IMG/VR virus record: IMGVR_UViG_3300033405_000009
Length of the DNA stretch: 64,000 bases
Direction: 5' to 3' (one strand)
Origin: a virus
Part shown: positions 10,083 to 18,374 of the stretch, piece by piece
Layout of the letters: each line of letters begins with the position of its first letter
How positions within the stretch are numbered: position 1 is the first letter of the stretch
Notes under the pieces: generated by a model
Database searches by the model: none
Told to the model about the DNA's origin: nothing
Seen by the model: the letters and a program-made list of their open reading frames with translations, nothing else
Position numbers and translations under genes: made by a program

Positions 10083-10358
10083 TTAGGTCGTCATGATTTC
10101 GCTCACCACAAATTCTTCTTCTCCAACCGAGAAGTCGAAATAGCGATTTGCTTGCTTGATCAACTCGAGCAGTTCTTCTGGCGGAACGTGTTTATCACAC
10201 GCAGCTGAACGGAACTCAATGATGTTCTCTGAACGACCGGCGAGGTAGAAGAGAACGGCTTTGTCGCTACACTCTTCACATTTGACCATTGGTACCCCGG
10301 AGGAGACTCGAACTCCCAAAAGCACGGCTTCTAAGGCCGCTTGCTGTGCCATTCGCAA
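10083..10358 (-). CDS. hypothetical protein (C-term SEIMTT)
   Basis: ORF 91 aa. Confidence 0.45.
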   Translation of the reverse strand: MRMAQQAALEAVLLGVRVSSGVPMVKCEECSDKAVLFYLAGRSENIIEFRSAACDKHVPPEELLELIKQANRYFDFSVGEEEFVVSEIMTT

Positions 10359-10392
10359 CTAGCTCACCGGGGCATAGTACAGGACGTGGGGA
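10309..10392 (-). tRNA. tRNA-Leu(UAG), type II
   Basis: CCA encoded, acceptor accccgg/ccggggc, loop rc CTTAGAA. Confidence 0.55.
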
Positions 10393-10396
10393 TCGA

Positions 10397-10469
10397 ACCC
10401 ACCAAAACTGGTCTGTCGAACCAGCGTGTTCACCAGCTCACTCGTCCTGCATGATTTTGTGGGACCAGA
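10397..10469 (-). tRNA. tRNA-Val(GAC)
   Basis: T-arm gtggg-gatcgaa-cccac, anticodon stem ctggt/accag loop rc TCGACAG; paralog of 10841-10916. Confidence 0.5.
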
Positions 10470-10478
10470 AGGGATCGA

Positions 10479-10551
10479 ACCTTCACCAACTCAGATATCA
10501 GCCGAGTGAGGGCAACCAGCCCGTGTAGTCCCGAACGGTGGGGAGACCGGG
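10479..10551 (-). tRNA. tRNA-Ile(GAU)
   Basis: T-arm gaagg-gatcgaa-ccttc, loop rc CTGATAT. Confidence 0.5.
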
Positions 10552-10557
10552 AATCGA

Positions 10558-10629
10558 ACCCGGATTCCATGCTTATCAGACATGGGTACTAACCGTTATA
10601 CGATCTCCCCGAAACTTTAGGACTCGAGG
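10558..10629 (-). tRNA. tRNA (anticodon GAU-like)
   Basis: acceptor ggggaga/tctcccc, perfect T-arm ccggg-aatcgaa-cccgg. Confidence 0.5.
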
Positions 10630-10841
10630 ATTTGCTCAATCATGGCAAATCGTCGAATCTCTGCGAGTGTGGCTTTACCCACGCTTTGGCTGTTCTTCCA
10701 GTCTACCTTATCACAGCACTCCTGACATCGTGGTTCACAACGCATTTCATTGCCTGAAAACCAGTGCAGGAAAACTACGGATTTACGATATGAGCAGTTC
10801 TGGCATTTCGGATATGAACGGAATGCCTTTAGTCTACTCAT
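10617..10841 (-). CDS. hypothetical Cys-rich small protein
   Basis: ORF 74 aa, CQNCSYRK...CEPRCQECC. Confidence 0.35.
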   Translation of the reverse strand: MSRLKAFRSYPKCQNCSYRKSVVFLHWFSGNEMRCEPRCQECCDKVDWKNSQSVGKATLAEIRRFAMIEQILES

Positions 10842-10916
10842 TGGTACAGGACGTGGGGATCGAACCCACCGAAACTGCTGTGTGAAAGCAGCGTGTTCAC
10901 CAGCTCACTCGTCCTG
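10841..10916 (-). tRNA. tRNA-Val(CAC)
   Basis: CCA encoded, near-identical to 10397-10469 except anticodon arm; loop rc TTCACAC. Confidence 0.55.
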
Positions 10917-10918
10917 CA

Positions 10919-11176
10919 TCATGACTCCATGATTCGGAAGATGATTTCTTCCTCTTCTGTAGCTCGAACCATTCGATGTTTCCATCGTGTGGGGTTATGT
11001 TTGTCTGCTGGGACCTCTTTCACCTCCGCAACTCTATGAACAATAATTTCCCCATCGGATGGTAGGACTCCTGAATTGGTCAAGGTCCCAACTTCCATTC
11101 GAGTGTGAGATGTCCTAAAGAGGGGCATTCTCAAGAATACAACGGGTACGGGAAGAGGGGATCGAACCCCCGACAT
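10919..11176 (-). CDS. hypothetical protein (C-term FRIMES)
   Basis: ORF 85 aa. Confidence 0.45.
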   Translation of the reverse strand: MSGVRSPLPVPVVFLRMPLFRTSHTRMEVGTLTNSGVLPSDGEIIVHRVAEVKEVPADKHNPTRWKHRMVRATEEEEIIFRIMES

Positions 11177-11227
11177 TCACCTTGTAGGGGTGACGTTCTA
11201 CCGCTGAACTATTCCCGCATTATTCAG
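11156..11227 (-). tRNA. tRNA-Val(UAC)
   Basis: acceptor acgggaa/ttcccgc, anticodon stem tcacc/ggtga loop rc CCTACAA. Confidence 0.5.
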
Positions 11228-11456
11228 ATGCTGCGATTTTTTCCTCTCGGATTTTCTTCCATTCTTCTTCTGACCTAATCGGAAATAGCGTAAGTACCTT
11301 TCCTCTCAAGTTGTCGTAAGAAATGGTGACGCATGGATTGAGCTTGACAGTCATGGACCCATCATCATGGAGCCAGCCCACTCCAATTTTTCCTCGATCA
11401 GCAGACGTTGTGTCTTTGACGGAGAGTTCATGAGTTGGCTTCTGCGATGTGTTCAT
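11220..11456 (-). CDS. hypothetical protein (start trimmed to avoid tRNA)
   Basis: ORF track 11220-11519; internal Met MNTSQ used because N-terminus overlaps tRNA-Pro. Confidence 0.35.
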   Translation of the reverse strand: MNTSQKPTHELSVKDTTSADRGKIGVGWLHDDGSMTVKLNPCVTISYDNLRGKVLTLFPIRSEEEWKKIREEKIAASE

Positions 11457-11473
11457 GCGGAAAACTACACTAG

Positions 11474-11547
11474 TCGGGGTGACAGGAATTGAACCTGCGG
11501 TCTCGTGGTCCCGAACCACGCGCTTTACCAGGCTAAGCTACACCCCG
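11474..11547 (-). tRNA. tRNA-Pro(CGG)
   Basis: acceptor cggggtg/caccccg, loop rc TTCGGGA. Confidence 0.55.
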
Positions 11548-11744
11548 ATTTTCTGCAACTGACGCATCTCTTGCGAGATGATGAGCTTGTCGAGTCTACG
11601 ACGCCCTCTACGAAGACCTTTCTTGAGACCCCATTGCGGCGGATGGCAGCAACAATGCGTCTTTGGCCATCCGCGCCAATTCTGCATTCCGCCCGATCTT
11701 TTTGCTTGCTCTACGAAATGTCCAGCGCCCATCTGGGACTCCTA

Positions 11745-11815
11745 GTAGCTGCGGAGGGAATCGAACCCTAACCAGGTTGACCTTATGAGAGTCACCTATC
11801 TCCTAGACTCGCAGC
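11745..11815 (-). tRNA. tRNA-Met/Ile2(CAU)
   Basis: T-arm gaggg-aatcgaa-cccta, loop rc CTCATAA. Confidence 0.45.
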
Positions 11816-11817
11816 CA

Positions 11818-12180
11818 TTAACTTGTCATGATCGCGTTTACGATGCAGATGTCGCTACTTTCGCAAGCGCACTGCGGAAAACCTTTGGGGATGAGACAGA
11901 TGCCTTTATTGATGGCCTTGATGAAATTGTCTCTCGTGTTTGGCAAGAATGGGATCACGAAATCCATTGAACTTAGTCCCTTGATCTGAGTCAAGAAAAC
12001 TTTCCATTCATGATTGCCACATCGAAAAATAAACTGCAATTTTTCTTGACTCACTTCAAGAGTCGCTCGTTTCTTGGTTTCTTTACGGGCTAGTTGCAGT
12101 CCGCGTACAAGATTGACGCATCCTGTGAAGGGATGCTCTATCGGGCCTAACACCATTACAATTCCCCTCGGGAGTTTCAT
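11818..12180 (-). CDS. hypothetical protein
   Basis: ORF 120 aa. Confidence 0.4.
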   Translation of the reverse strand: MKLPRGIVMVLGPIEHPFTGCVNLVRGLQLARKETKKRATLEVSQEKLQFIFRCGNHEWKVFLTQIKGLSSMDFVIPFLPNTRDNFIKAINKGICLIPKGFPQCACESSDICIVNAIMTS

Positions 12181-12473
12181 GTTTCCAAGATCTCGAAACA
12201 GAAGAGCTCTTCTTGAGTCATTTCAAGTGAACTCTCCAAGAAATGAGGACCGAATGGATGTCCGTTGCATCGTGAATAGATACGATACTTTCCGTTCTTA
12301 TCCCGTTCCCAAGACCGGGCCCAAGAACTCGCTGCTCGAGGGCATTGTTCAGAGAACATTTGATAACGGGAAACCCAGTCACACCGTTTAGGATCCGGCT
12401 TCTTCGGTTCTGGCTTCGGCCTTCTAGGTTGCCGGGGTGCCATGAGACATCCTACAGTTAGTAACGGGGTCAA
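12177..12473 (-). CDS. hypothetical protein
   Basis: ORF 98 aa, start/stop overlap with 11818-12180. Confidence 0.4.
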   Translation of the reverse strand: MTPLLTVGCLMAPRQPRRPKPEPKKPDPKRCDWVSRYQMFSEQCPRAASSWARSWERDKNGKYRIYSRCNGHPFGPHFLESSLEMTQEELFCFEILET

Positions 12474-12480
12474 GAATTGG

Positions 12481-12551
12481 ATGCGGCCCTCGGAGTCGAA
12501 CCGAGCTGATCGAGCTTATGAGACTAGATCGACGTCCCCGTCTGCGCCGCA
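12481..12551 (-). tRNA. tRNA (CAU anticodon, weaker anticodon stem)
   Basis: perfect T-arm ctcgg-agtcgaa-ccgag; acceptor 6/7. Confidence 0.4.
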
Positions 12552-12555
12552 CAAG

Positions 12556-12626
12556 TGCCTCTAGGAGGAGTCGAACCTCCCACGTCCGGCTTCGAAGGCC
12601 AGCGTCTGCATTCCGTCAGTAGAGGC
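12556..12626 (-). tRNA. tRNA-Arg(UCG)
   Basis: acceptor gcctcta/tagaggc, T-arm ggagg-agtcgaa-cctcc, loop rc CTTCGAA. Confidence 0.6.
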
Positions 12627-12632
12627 ATTGGT

Positions 12633-12706
12633 TGCAGGCACGGGGAATTGAACCACCGCTGTCTCCGGGTTATGAGCCCGGCGTGGAGCCGTTTCACTCG
12701 CCTGCA
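12633..12706 (-). tRNA. tRNA (CAU anticodon) with mismatched T-stem
   Basis: acceptor tgcaggc/gcctgca, anticodon stem ccggg/cccgg perfect, loop rc CTCATAA, T-loop TTCAATT. Confidence 0.45.
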
Positions 12707-12707
12707 G

Positions 12708-12774
12708 TGCCTCCAGCAGGATTCGAACCTGCAAACCAACCTTCGGAGGGTCGGGTCTGTCCATCAGTGAAGGC
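12708..12774 (-). tRNA. tRNA-Arg(CCG)
   Basis: T-arm gcagg-attcgaa-cctgc, loop rc CTCCGAA; short D-arm. Confidence 0.45.
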
Positions 12775-12830
12775 GTTCATGGTAGAGTACGACTGGCTTT
12801 CCAGCCAACACACCACACACGGAGTCTATC

Positions 12831-13016
12831 ATGTCTGATTCGAAACCGTATGAAATCCGAGCTCAAATTCTTCATCTTGCTCAGGACATTCTCTCGGAGA
12901 ATGCCCATCTGAAATTGCAGAATTCTGGTCGCCGACCCGACGACGTTCCTTCCTATACGACGGAAGAGGTCCTCGCCGAGGCGGAGAAACTCTACGAGTT
13001 CGTCTCTAAACGATGA
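12831..13016 (+). CDS. hypothetical protein
   Basis: ORF 61 aa between tRNAs. Confidence 0.35.
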   Translation: MSDSKPYEIRAQILHLAQDILSENAHLKLQNSGRRPDDVPSYTTEEVLAEAEKLYEFVSKR

Positions 13017-13017
13017 T

Positions 13018-13093
13018 TGGTACCCCTAGAAGGACTTGAACCTTCAGCCTCCACGTTCGTAGCGTGTTGCACGATCCATCGTGCTGTAGGGGC
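13018..13093 (-). tRNA. tRNA-Arg(ACG)
   Basis: CCA encoded, T-arm gaagg-acttgaa-ccttc, loop rc CTACGAA. Confidence 0.55.
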
Positions 13094-13223
13094 ATAGGCC
13101 TCCAGGGAGTTGAAGACCGATAGCGAGCGCTCGCTATTGGTCTGAGGCTCCCGTTTCCACGCTTGCGTGGCGTCCTTCTGCTAGACGATGGAGATTGTAG
13201 GACTCCATCATGGAAGTCCCTAG

Positions 13224-13297
13224 CGTTCCCAGGGGGATTCGAACCCCCGTTTGCGCCGTGAGAGGGCGCCATCCTTGGCCAGCTAGATGATGGGAAC
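13224..13297 (-). tRNA. tRNA-Glu(CUC)
   Basis: acceptor gttccca/tgggaac, T-arm ggggg-attcgaa-ccccc, anticodon stem gcgcc/ggcgc. Confidence 0.55.
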
Positions 13298-13298
13298 A

Positions 13299-13727
13299 TT
13301 ACTTTCGAAAATGAGTGCGAATCTTGTGACAGTTGGCACAAACAACATCGCATTTCTGGATTTCTGCTCTGATCATTTCTAGTGCTTTGAGGCTATGAGC
13401 GGCAATTTCACTCACACAAGAAGTCTTCGTAGTTGGATCTCGATGATCAAATTCCATGATATACGAAGGAAAAACCCCTTTACAGTCATGGCACGGTTTG
13501 TTTTTTGCTTCTTCACGAAGCCTTGATGCTTCGATTCTTAAACTAGTATTTCTTTCTTTGACAGCAGATTTTTGCTGAGTTTTATTGGCCTCATACCAAA
13601 ATTCATTGTAGGTTCTTTTGCATGCACGACATCGACTCTGCCGTGTTCCTTTTGTCTTAGACTTCCAAGCAAAATCTGTATCTTTTTTCTTATTACCGCA
13701 TTTTAGGCAAACGCGCATTCTAAACAA
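13299..13727 (-). CDS. HNH homing endonuclease
   Basis: CHDCKG...HxxxR...CANCH zinc-binding HNH pattern; paralog of 17683-18114. Confidence 0.65.
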   Translation of the reverse strand: MFRMRVCLKCGNKKKDTDFAWKSKTKGTRQSRCRACKRTYNEFWYEANKTQQKSAVKERNTSLRIEASRLREEAKNKPCHDCKGVFPSYIMEFDHRDPTTKTSCVSEIAAHSLKALEMIRAEIQKCDVVCANCHKIRTHFRK

Positions 13728-13798
13728 ATGCTACATTAGAATCCTAGACGGCGTGAGAGGCCAGTGTCCTGGGCCGCTAGACGACGGGAACATCGTAG

Positions 13799-13869
13799 TG
13801 CTCGCACGGAGAATCGAACCCCGTTTAGCTGGCTGAGAACCAACTGTCCTACCAGTAGACGATGCGAGC
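13799..13869 (-). tRNA. tRNA (anticodon CUC-like)
   Basis: acceptor gctcgca/tgcgagc, T-arm cggag-aatcgaa-ccccg. Confidence 0.45.
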
Positions 13870-13927
13870 GTTAAACCAGTTTCAGGGCGGACTGGCAGCC
13901 GTTCCAAAACTCCCTTGCGAGAGTGCC

Positions 13928-14002
13928 TGGTGTCTCCGGGCAGAGTCGAACTGCCAATACGGAGGTTCGCGACCTCCAATCTATTGTTCCGATAGCAGAG
14001 AC
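13928..14002 (-). tRNA. tRNA-Arg(GCG)-like
   Basis: CCA encoded, T-arm ggcag-agtcgaa-ctgcc, anticodon stem ggagg/cctcc. Confidence 0.45.
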
Positions 14003-14191
14003 ATGAAGAGCGAGTGCTCTTATCCGCCGCAGAGACCGTTTTTAAGGCGGTATGCGACACGGTACCCCCAAGAGGTAACGATCCTCTCTTCTACGGTTTA
14101 GAAGACCGCGAACTGTCCATCAGTGGGGGCATGAAGGATTTGCATCCTTATCTTCCAACACGGCCCCGATTAGCGGTCGGGAATGTTGGAA

Positions 14192-14273
14192 TGGAGAGGT
14201 TGTCGTGAGTCGAACACGGACTTGTCGCCATCGGTTTTGCAGACCGAACCCAGATACCGTCTGGTACAACCTC
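14192..14273 (-). tRNA. tRNA-Cys(GCA)-like (long variable region)
   Basis: CCA encoded, acceptor gaggttg/caacctc, loop rc CTGCAAA. Confidence 0.45.
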
Positions 14274-14315
14274 ATAATCACACGTACGTTGCCGAGTTGA
14301 ACGGCTTCCGAACCA

Positions 14316-14340
14316 CGGCGAGGAGGGAATTGAACCCTCA
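14316..14340 (-). other. orphan tRNA T-arm fragment
   Basis: gaggg-aattgaa-ccctc with no acceptor partner. Confidence 0.3.
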
Positions 14341-14377
14341 CAGGGCGTCCCCTGCACGACCAATCACGCACGTGTGG

Positions 14378-14450
14378 AGCGGGTGACGAGAGTCGAACTC
14401 GCCTTGGACTCCTTGGGAAGGAGATGCCTCACCACGTCGGCTTCACCCGC
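14378..14450 (-). tRNA. tRNA-Gly(CCC)
   Basis: acceptor gcgggtg/cacccgc, loop rc TTCCCAA. Confidence 0.5.
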
Positions 14451-14451
14451 A

Positions 14452-15048
14452 TTACACTCTGAGAGCTGCTTCTACCGAAGAGAGATAAACTTGATGGTAA
14501 CGATGGTCTCCATATGGAAGACCAGCCCCTCCAACTAGCTGTCCATTTTGAGCCTTGAGACTCCAATCTTTCCCGTTCCGAATGGTGTGAAGAGCGGCCA
14601 TCGAGTCCATGTGATGGACCCAACGCAAAACAGCGTAGCCAAACGCTGGACTTCTCGAACCACCCATTTGACAATGGACGTAAATCGGACCGAGGCCGAT
14701 CATCATCTTCGCAAAACTAACTGCATGCCTTACGGTATCCACATTGAATGGAGTTCCGTCATCCGGCACGCGACACTCAGAAAGATTGGGAATGCCTTTC
14801 CCCTCGTCTGAATGTTCAGTTTCTACGTTCAGAACCGAACGAATCCCGAAATCTTTCGCCAAATGCTCCCAATCCGTTTGATCGCAAATTGAGCCCCCGA
14901 TCATGAGATCTGGTGTCACCCACCACCTTTGAACCGGGTGGTTCGGATCGGGAGCGTAAACGCGATTGGTGTAAACTTCGGCCATTCCCATGTGGGACTT
15001 TACTGGAGCAGGAAGGCGCGGATCGAACGCGCGTTTCTCTGGGGGCAC
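14452..15048 (-). CDS. dual-specificity / protein-tyrosine phosphatase-like
   Basis: active-site signature VHCQMGGSRS (HC-X5-R); true start probably at internal Met ~14985. Confidence 0.55.
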   Translation of the reverse strand: MPPEKRAFDPRLPAPVKSHMGMAEVYTNRVYAPDPNHPVQRWWVTPDLMIGGSICDQTDWEHLAKDFGIRSVLNVETEHSDEGKGIPNLSECRVPDDGTPFNVDTVRHAVSFAKMMIGLGPIYVHCQMGGSRSPAFGYAVLRWVHHMDSMAALHTIRNGKDWSLKAQNGQLVGGAGLPYGDHRYHQVYLSSVEAALRV

Positions 15049-15148
15049 CAGAGTGTTCTACCGTTGGTTTCGCCAGTCTACGGTCTCCGAAGTGGCCAGT
15101 TCCGTTCCTTTAGACTAGGTACACCTTATTGAACTACTCCTGCAGAAC

Positions 15149-15478
15149 TTACGATTCCATCACGTCTTCAACGATCTCTTGGATTTGTTCGTCGATAGAT
15201 CCGATGAAACCGAAGAAACTTGCCAGCTTTCTCATCATTACTCCATGGCAGGACGGAATGATCCAACCTGAATGAGACGCAGTTAGAGATGGAAGGATAG
15301 GTTCTTCCACTGGAGCTCTCGAACTACCACCTTTGGCTCCACAGAATAGGCAAATGAAGCGATCTTCAATTACTGGCTGACCTCTAATCAGCTTTGTTTT
15401 CTCCGGGTCCGTGGAATGGCTCCAAGTAGCACCTTTTACGGAATTTGAACTTGTCCACTGCCACTTGTGGTGGTCCAT
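15149..15478 (-). CDS. hypothetical protein (C-term EDVMES)
   Basis: ORF track 15149-15577; start trimmed to internal Met MDHHKW because N-terminus overlaps tRNA-Gly. Confidence 0.4.
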   Translation of the reverse strand: MDHHKWQWTSSNSVKGATWSHSTDPEKTKLIRGQPVIEDRFICLFCGAKGGSSRAPVEEPILPSLTASHSGWIIPSCHGVMMRKLASFFGFIGSIDEQIQEIVEDVMES

Positions 15479-15552
15479 TGGAGCGGGTGAGGGGAATCGA
15501 ACCCCCTCCCTCTCGTTGGCAACGAGAAGCTCGACCTTCGAGCTACACCCGC
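15479..15552 (-). tRNA. tRNA-Gly(GCC)
   Basis: CCA encoded, acceptor gcgggtg/cacccgc, anticodon stem tctcg/cgaga loop rc TTGCCAA. Confidence 0.55.
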
Positions 15553-15586
15553 AAACTTCTATCGAACTTACAAACAAGAGGTAGTT

Positions 15587-16072
15587 ATGTCGGAAGAGAA
15601 CATGTCGGAAGAGAACAGCTCAGAACTTGTTGTGGAATCTTCAGATTCAACTCCACCTTCGAAGAAACCCAGCAAGATGCGTGACCTTGCTACACTCATC
15701 AGCGCCGTGACGGCCATGATTGTAGCCATTGGGTCCTACTTCAGACCGCAAGATCACACGGTTACGCAAAAATCCTACGAGACTTGCGTTGATGGGATTG
15801 CTAAGATCCAAGACGCCGAGCAAAAGAACCATGACGACATCGCGAACCTCCGCGGATTCGTCGAGGGTTATACTCACGGGCACGTTCCATTTGCGGAACC
15901 TTCATTCGAGGGAAAATCTAGCTCCTCTTCCCCGACTACTAGCCCGACTACTAGCCCCTCAACTTCCACGATGAAGACTGTAGACGTTCTCTTGGATGCG
16001 AATGAACCTCCGGCTCAACATCCGAAGCCGGCCCCCTGGAATCCCCCGCCTTTCTCTGCTATTGTGAAGTAG
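15587..16072 (+). CDS. hypothetical membrane-anchored, Ser/Thr/Pro-rich protein
   Basis: hydrophobic segment LISAVTAMIVAIGSYF; C-terminal S/T/P low complexity. Confidence 0.5.
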   Translation: MSEENMSEENSSELVVESSDSTPPSKKPSKMRDLATLISAVTAMIVAIGSYFRPQDHTVTQKSYETCVDGIAKIQDAEQKNHDDIANLRGFVEGYTHGHVPFAEPSFEGKSSSSSPTTSPTTSPSTSTMKTVDVLLDANEPPAQHPKPAPWNPPPFSAIVK

Positions 16073-16155
16073 CTGAAAGCTAAATCGGCTTAGTATTTCA
16101 CTTGAGCGGCCAGTGGGTATCGAGCCCACATCTTCAGGTTGGAAACCTGAGGCGT

Positions 16156-16596
16156 TCAAACTTGAACGGTCGCAATCAGCCTGCGTTTGGCAGTCACACG
16201 TCTATGACAGTTAGCACAACGGATTTCGCATTTGGCGATTTCTTTCTCGATTTTCCAAATCCTAAAACCACAACCAACCATTCTTGATATGTCACAAATC
16301 TTATCACCTTTTACGTGATCAAAGTCTAAAACTACGGGGTCATTCTCACCGCAATCCACACATGCTCGTTCAGATAAAACTTTTTGAACGTAATCCTTAG
16401 CTTGTTGGATCGCCCTATTGCGGATGGGCTTCATTCGATCGTAAACTGAAATTGGATTATTTTGATTTCGCAACCGAATTCGCTCTCTTACGCATGATTT
16501 GCAATCAGGTCTTAGTTTCCCATCCATTTTTGCAGGATGCAAGAAACTAAATTCCGCTTCAGCTAATACTTTTTGGCATTTTGTACATTTCTTCAT
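16156..16596 (-). CDS. HNH homing endonuclease
   Basis: CVDCGEND...DHVKGDK...CANCH. Confidence 0.65.
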   Translation of the reverse strand: MKKCTKCQKVLAEAEFSFLHPAKMDGKLRPDCKSCVRERIRLRNQNNPISVYDRMKPIRNRAIQQAKDYVQKVLSERACVDCGENDPVVLDFDHVKGDKICDISRMVGCGFRIWKIEKEIAKCEIRCANCHRRVTAKRRLIATVQV

Positions 16597-16602
16597 GTTG
16601 GA

Positions 16603-16628
16603 ACGTTACCAATTGGTAACGTTCCAAC
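16603..16628. promoter_or_regulatory. perfect 26-nt palindrome GGAACGTTACCAATTGGTAACGTTCC
   Basis: seen directly; sits immediately upstream of HNH gene start and downstream of tRNA-Gly. Confidence 0.4.
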
Positions 16629-16697
16629 AGAGCGGATGGCGGGCATCGAACCCGCACGGCACGGCTTGGAAGGCCGGCTGACTGCCAAAGTCGCATC
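16628..16697 (-). tRNA. tRNA-Gly(UCC)
   Basis: acceptor gcggatg/catccgc, T-arm gcggg-catcgaa-cccgc, loop rc CTTCCAA. Confidence 0.55.
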
Positions 16698-16725
16698 CGC
16701 GTTCCCCACACCATACTTGGTGACT

Positions 16726-16800
16726 GGGTGGAGCCGTCAAGGGGGATCGAACCCCAGCCCTTCTCTATACCAAAGAGATGCTCCGCCTTGGAGCTATGAC
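16726..16800 (-). tRNA. tRNA-Thr(GGU)
   Basis: CCA encoded, acceptor gccgtca/tgacggc, anticodon stem tctct/agaga. Confidence 0.6.
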
Positions 16801-16820
16801 GGCAAGTTGTACTATGTTGA

Positions 16821-17069
16821 ATGAGCCATGTCTGCACTCTCTACGAGTATGAAGGCCGTTTTCACGTTAGTGGAGTCTGTCTTTGTGGCCTCGGTGCAAC
16901 CATGTCTTGGGCGACCAAGGGTACCGATGGCAGCTTCGAGCCCCGATGCGGAAAATGTCGACGGGCAGATGCTCGATACGATCGATCTAATAACAGCAAT
17001 CCCGCATATCACGAGATTGACCGTGAGATCTTCGAGTATCTTTGCGTGCAAGAAGTGATGGAATCTTGA
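16821..17069 (+). CDS. hypothetical zinc-ribbon-like protein (C-term QEVMES)
   Basis: ORF 82 aa, CLCG...CGKC. Confidence 0.45.
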   Translation: MSHVCTLYEYEGRFHVSGVCLCGLGATMSWATKGTDGSFEPRCGKCRRADARYDRSNNSNPAYHEIDREIFEYLCVQEVMES

Positions 17070-17335
17070 GTGCCACAGGCGGGAGTCGAACCCGCCACTC
17101 CAGGGTAAAGAACTCTCGCAAACGCGCTTCCCTACTCCGGCAGTTTACGGCCAGGTCTGCGTTTGTTACCAAACGCAGCGGAGTCCGGTGCTTCCGCAAC
17201 TCAAGAGTCCACCCAATCTCGTGCAGTGTTCAGCTGAACCTCGCCCAGAAGATCTTGCACGAGACCAGTCCAAGAAGCCTCTTCTCGAGGTCATCATTTC
17301 CGTTTAACGATGGCCGTCCCGGCGGCCCGCTGTGG
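17070..17335 (-). ncRNA. ~266-nt element closed by tRNA-like acceptor stem and canonical T-arm (intron-containing tRNA or other tRNA-like ncRNA)
   Basis: T-arm gcggg-agtcgaa-cccgc at 17078-17094; acceptor gccacag pairs with ctgtggc at 17329-17335; internal GGCC/GGCC D-like stem and 9-bp hairpin 17156-17177. Confidence 0.35.
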
Positions 17336-17459
17336 CATTCGTGGAGTTTACGGAACTCGAATCCGTATCTGCGCCTTTTCTGACGCTGCTCTACCTTCAC
17401 ATTTGAACCCGGGCCCAGACTCAAACGTGCGACTTTCGCCTTGAGCTAAAACCCCGCAG

Positions 17460-17530
17460 CTGAGGAGGAAGGAATCGAACCTTCATAGCGAGTGCCAAAA
17501 GCTCGCGTCCTGCCGTTAGACGACTCCTCA
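17460..17530 (-). tRNA. tRNA (anticodon UUG or UUU; loop register ambiguous)
   Basis: acceptor tgaggag/ctcctca, perfect T-arm gaagg-aatcgaa-ccttc. Confidence 0.45.
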
Positions 17531-17619
17531 ATGGAGGACTGTCAGGCAACAATGTCAACACTCCCGTGTTGAGTACTCCCGCCTTCGAATCACCTTTCTA
17601 CGTGACTCTGACAATCCAG

Positions 17620-17692
17620 TGGAGTTGACCGGGAACGATCCGGCAACCTCGAGCTTGCAAAGCTCGCGCTCTCCCGATTGAGCTACAACCCC
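17620..17692 (-). tRNA. tRNA-Ala(UGC), non-canonical T-loop
   Basis: RNA reads GGGGTTG-TAGCTCAATCGGGAGAGC-CGAGC TTTGCAA GCTCG; T-loop ATCGTTC. Confidence 0.55.
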
Positions 17693-18114
17693 GTTTTGGT
17701 CATTTGTCGATGGTACGTTCTATCTGCATGACAATTAGCGCAAACTACCTCACATTTTTGGATTTCTGCCAAAACCACTTCTTCAGAATGTTTCCATATT
17801 TCATTAATGGTGCCCATTTTGACTGTTCCAGGCAAGTGGTCAAATTGCATACGCCAGTACGGGTGAATTAGTCTACAGTCGGCACAAGGTTTATTCTTGG
17901 CTTCTCGGACCATTTCTTTTAATTTTTGTTCTCGGGTTTTAGAGTGTTCTCTACTCTGAGAAATATGTTTTCTACGATTAGAAGGATTAGAATACCATTC
18001 TGACCAATATATCTTTTGGCAATCACGACAGACGCTGCTATATCCTGCTTTCTTTTTATTGAAAGAATCCGTAGATTTTGTCTCTCCGCATTTAGAACAA
18101 AATTTCTTCTCCAT
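17683..18114 (-). CDS. HNH homing endonuclease
   Basis: CADCRLIHPYWRMQFDH...CANCH; paralog of 13299-13727. Confidence 0.65.
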   Translation of the reverse strand: MEKKFCSKCGETKSTDSFNKKKAGYSSVCRDCQKIYWSEWYSNPSNRRKHISQSREHSKTREQKLKEMVREAKNKPCADCRLIHPYWRMQFDHLPGTVKMGTINEIWKHSEEVVLAEIQKCEVVCANCHADRTYHRQMTKTGL

Positions 18115-18211
18115 GTCTAGATTTGCAATGGATTTATTATTGCAAATCTAGACACAAGCCTTGCAAAGGCCTGATCCTGCCATTAGACTTATGGCCCCAA
18201 TGTGAACTTTG

Positions 18212-18282
18212 CTGGGGTGTAGGGACTCGAACCCCAATAGGCGGCTCCAGAGACCGCCGTCCTGCCATTAGACGACACCCCA
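18212..18282 (-). tRNA. tRNA-Gln(CUG)
   Basis: acceptor tggggtg/cacccca, anticodon stem gcggt/gccgc loop rc CTCTGGA. Confidence 0.55.
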
Positions 18283-18374
18283 AAGCGAGTGTAGCCCCGT
18301 CGCTTGAGCTACATTCAGCCCAGCTGCTCGAAGTAATCCTCAGGAGCGACCCCGAGGTTCCTCGTCAGCTGTAG

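Noticed and set aside
16100-16175. tRNA-like fold with anticodon-like loop TTGGAAA on the plus strand
   Set aside because: No canonical T-arm and a 7-bp anticodon-like stem. Better explained as two adjacent hairpins between convergent genes 15587-16072 and 16156-16596, acting as terminators.
17070-17335. tmRNA interpretation of the 266-nt tRNA-bracketed element
   Set aside because: No plausible tag reading frame ending in a hydrophobic tail plus stop, and the element is too short. Kept only as an unclassified tRNA-like element.
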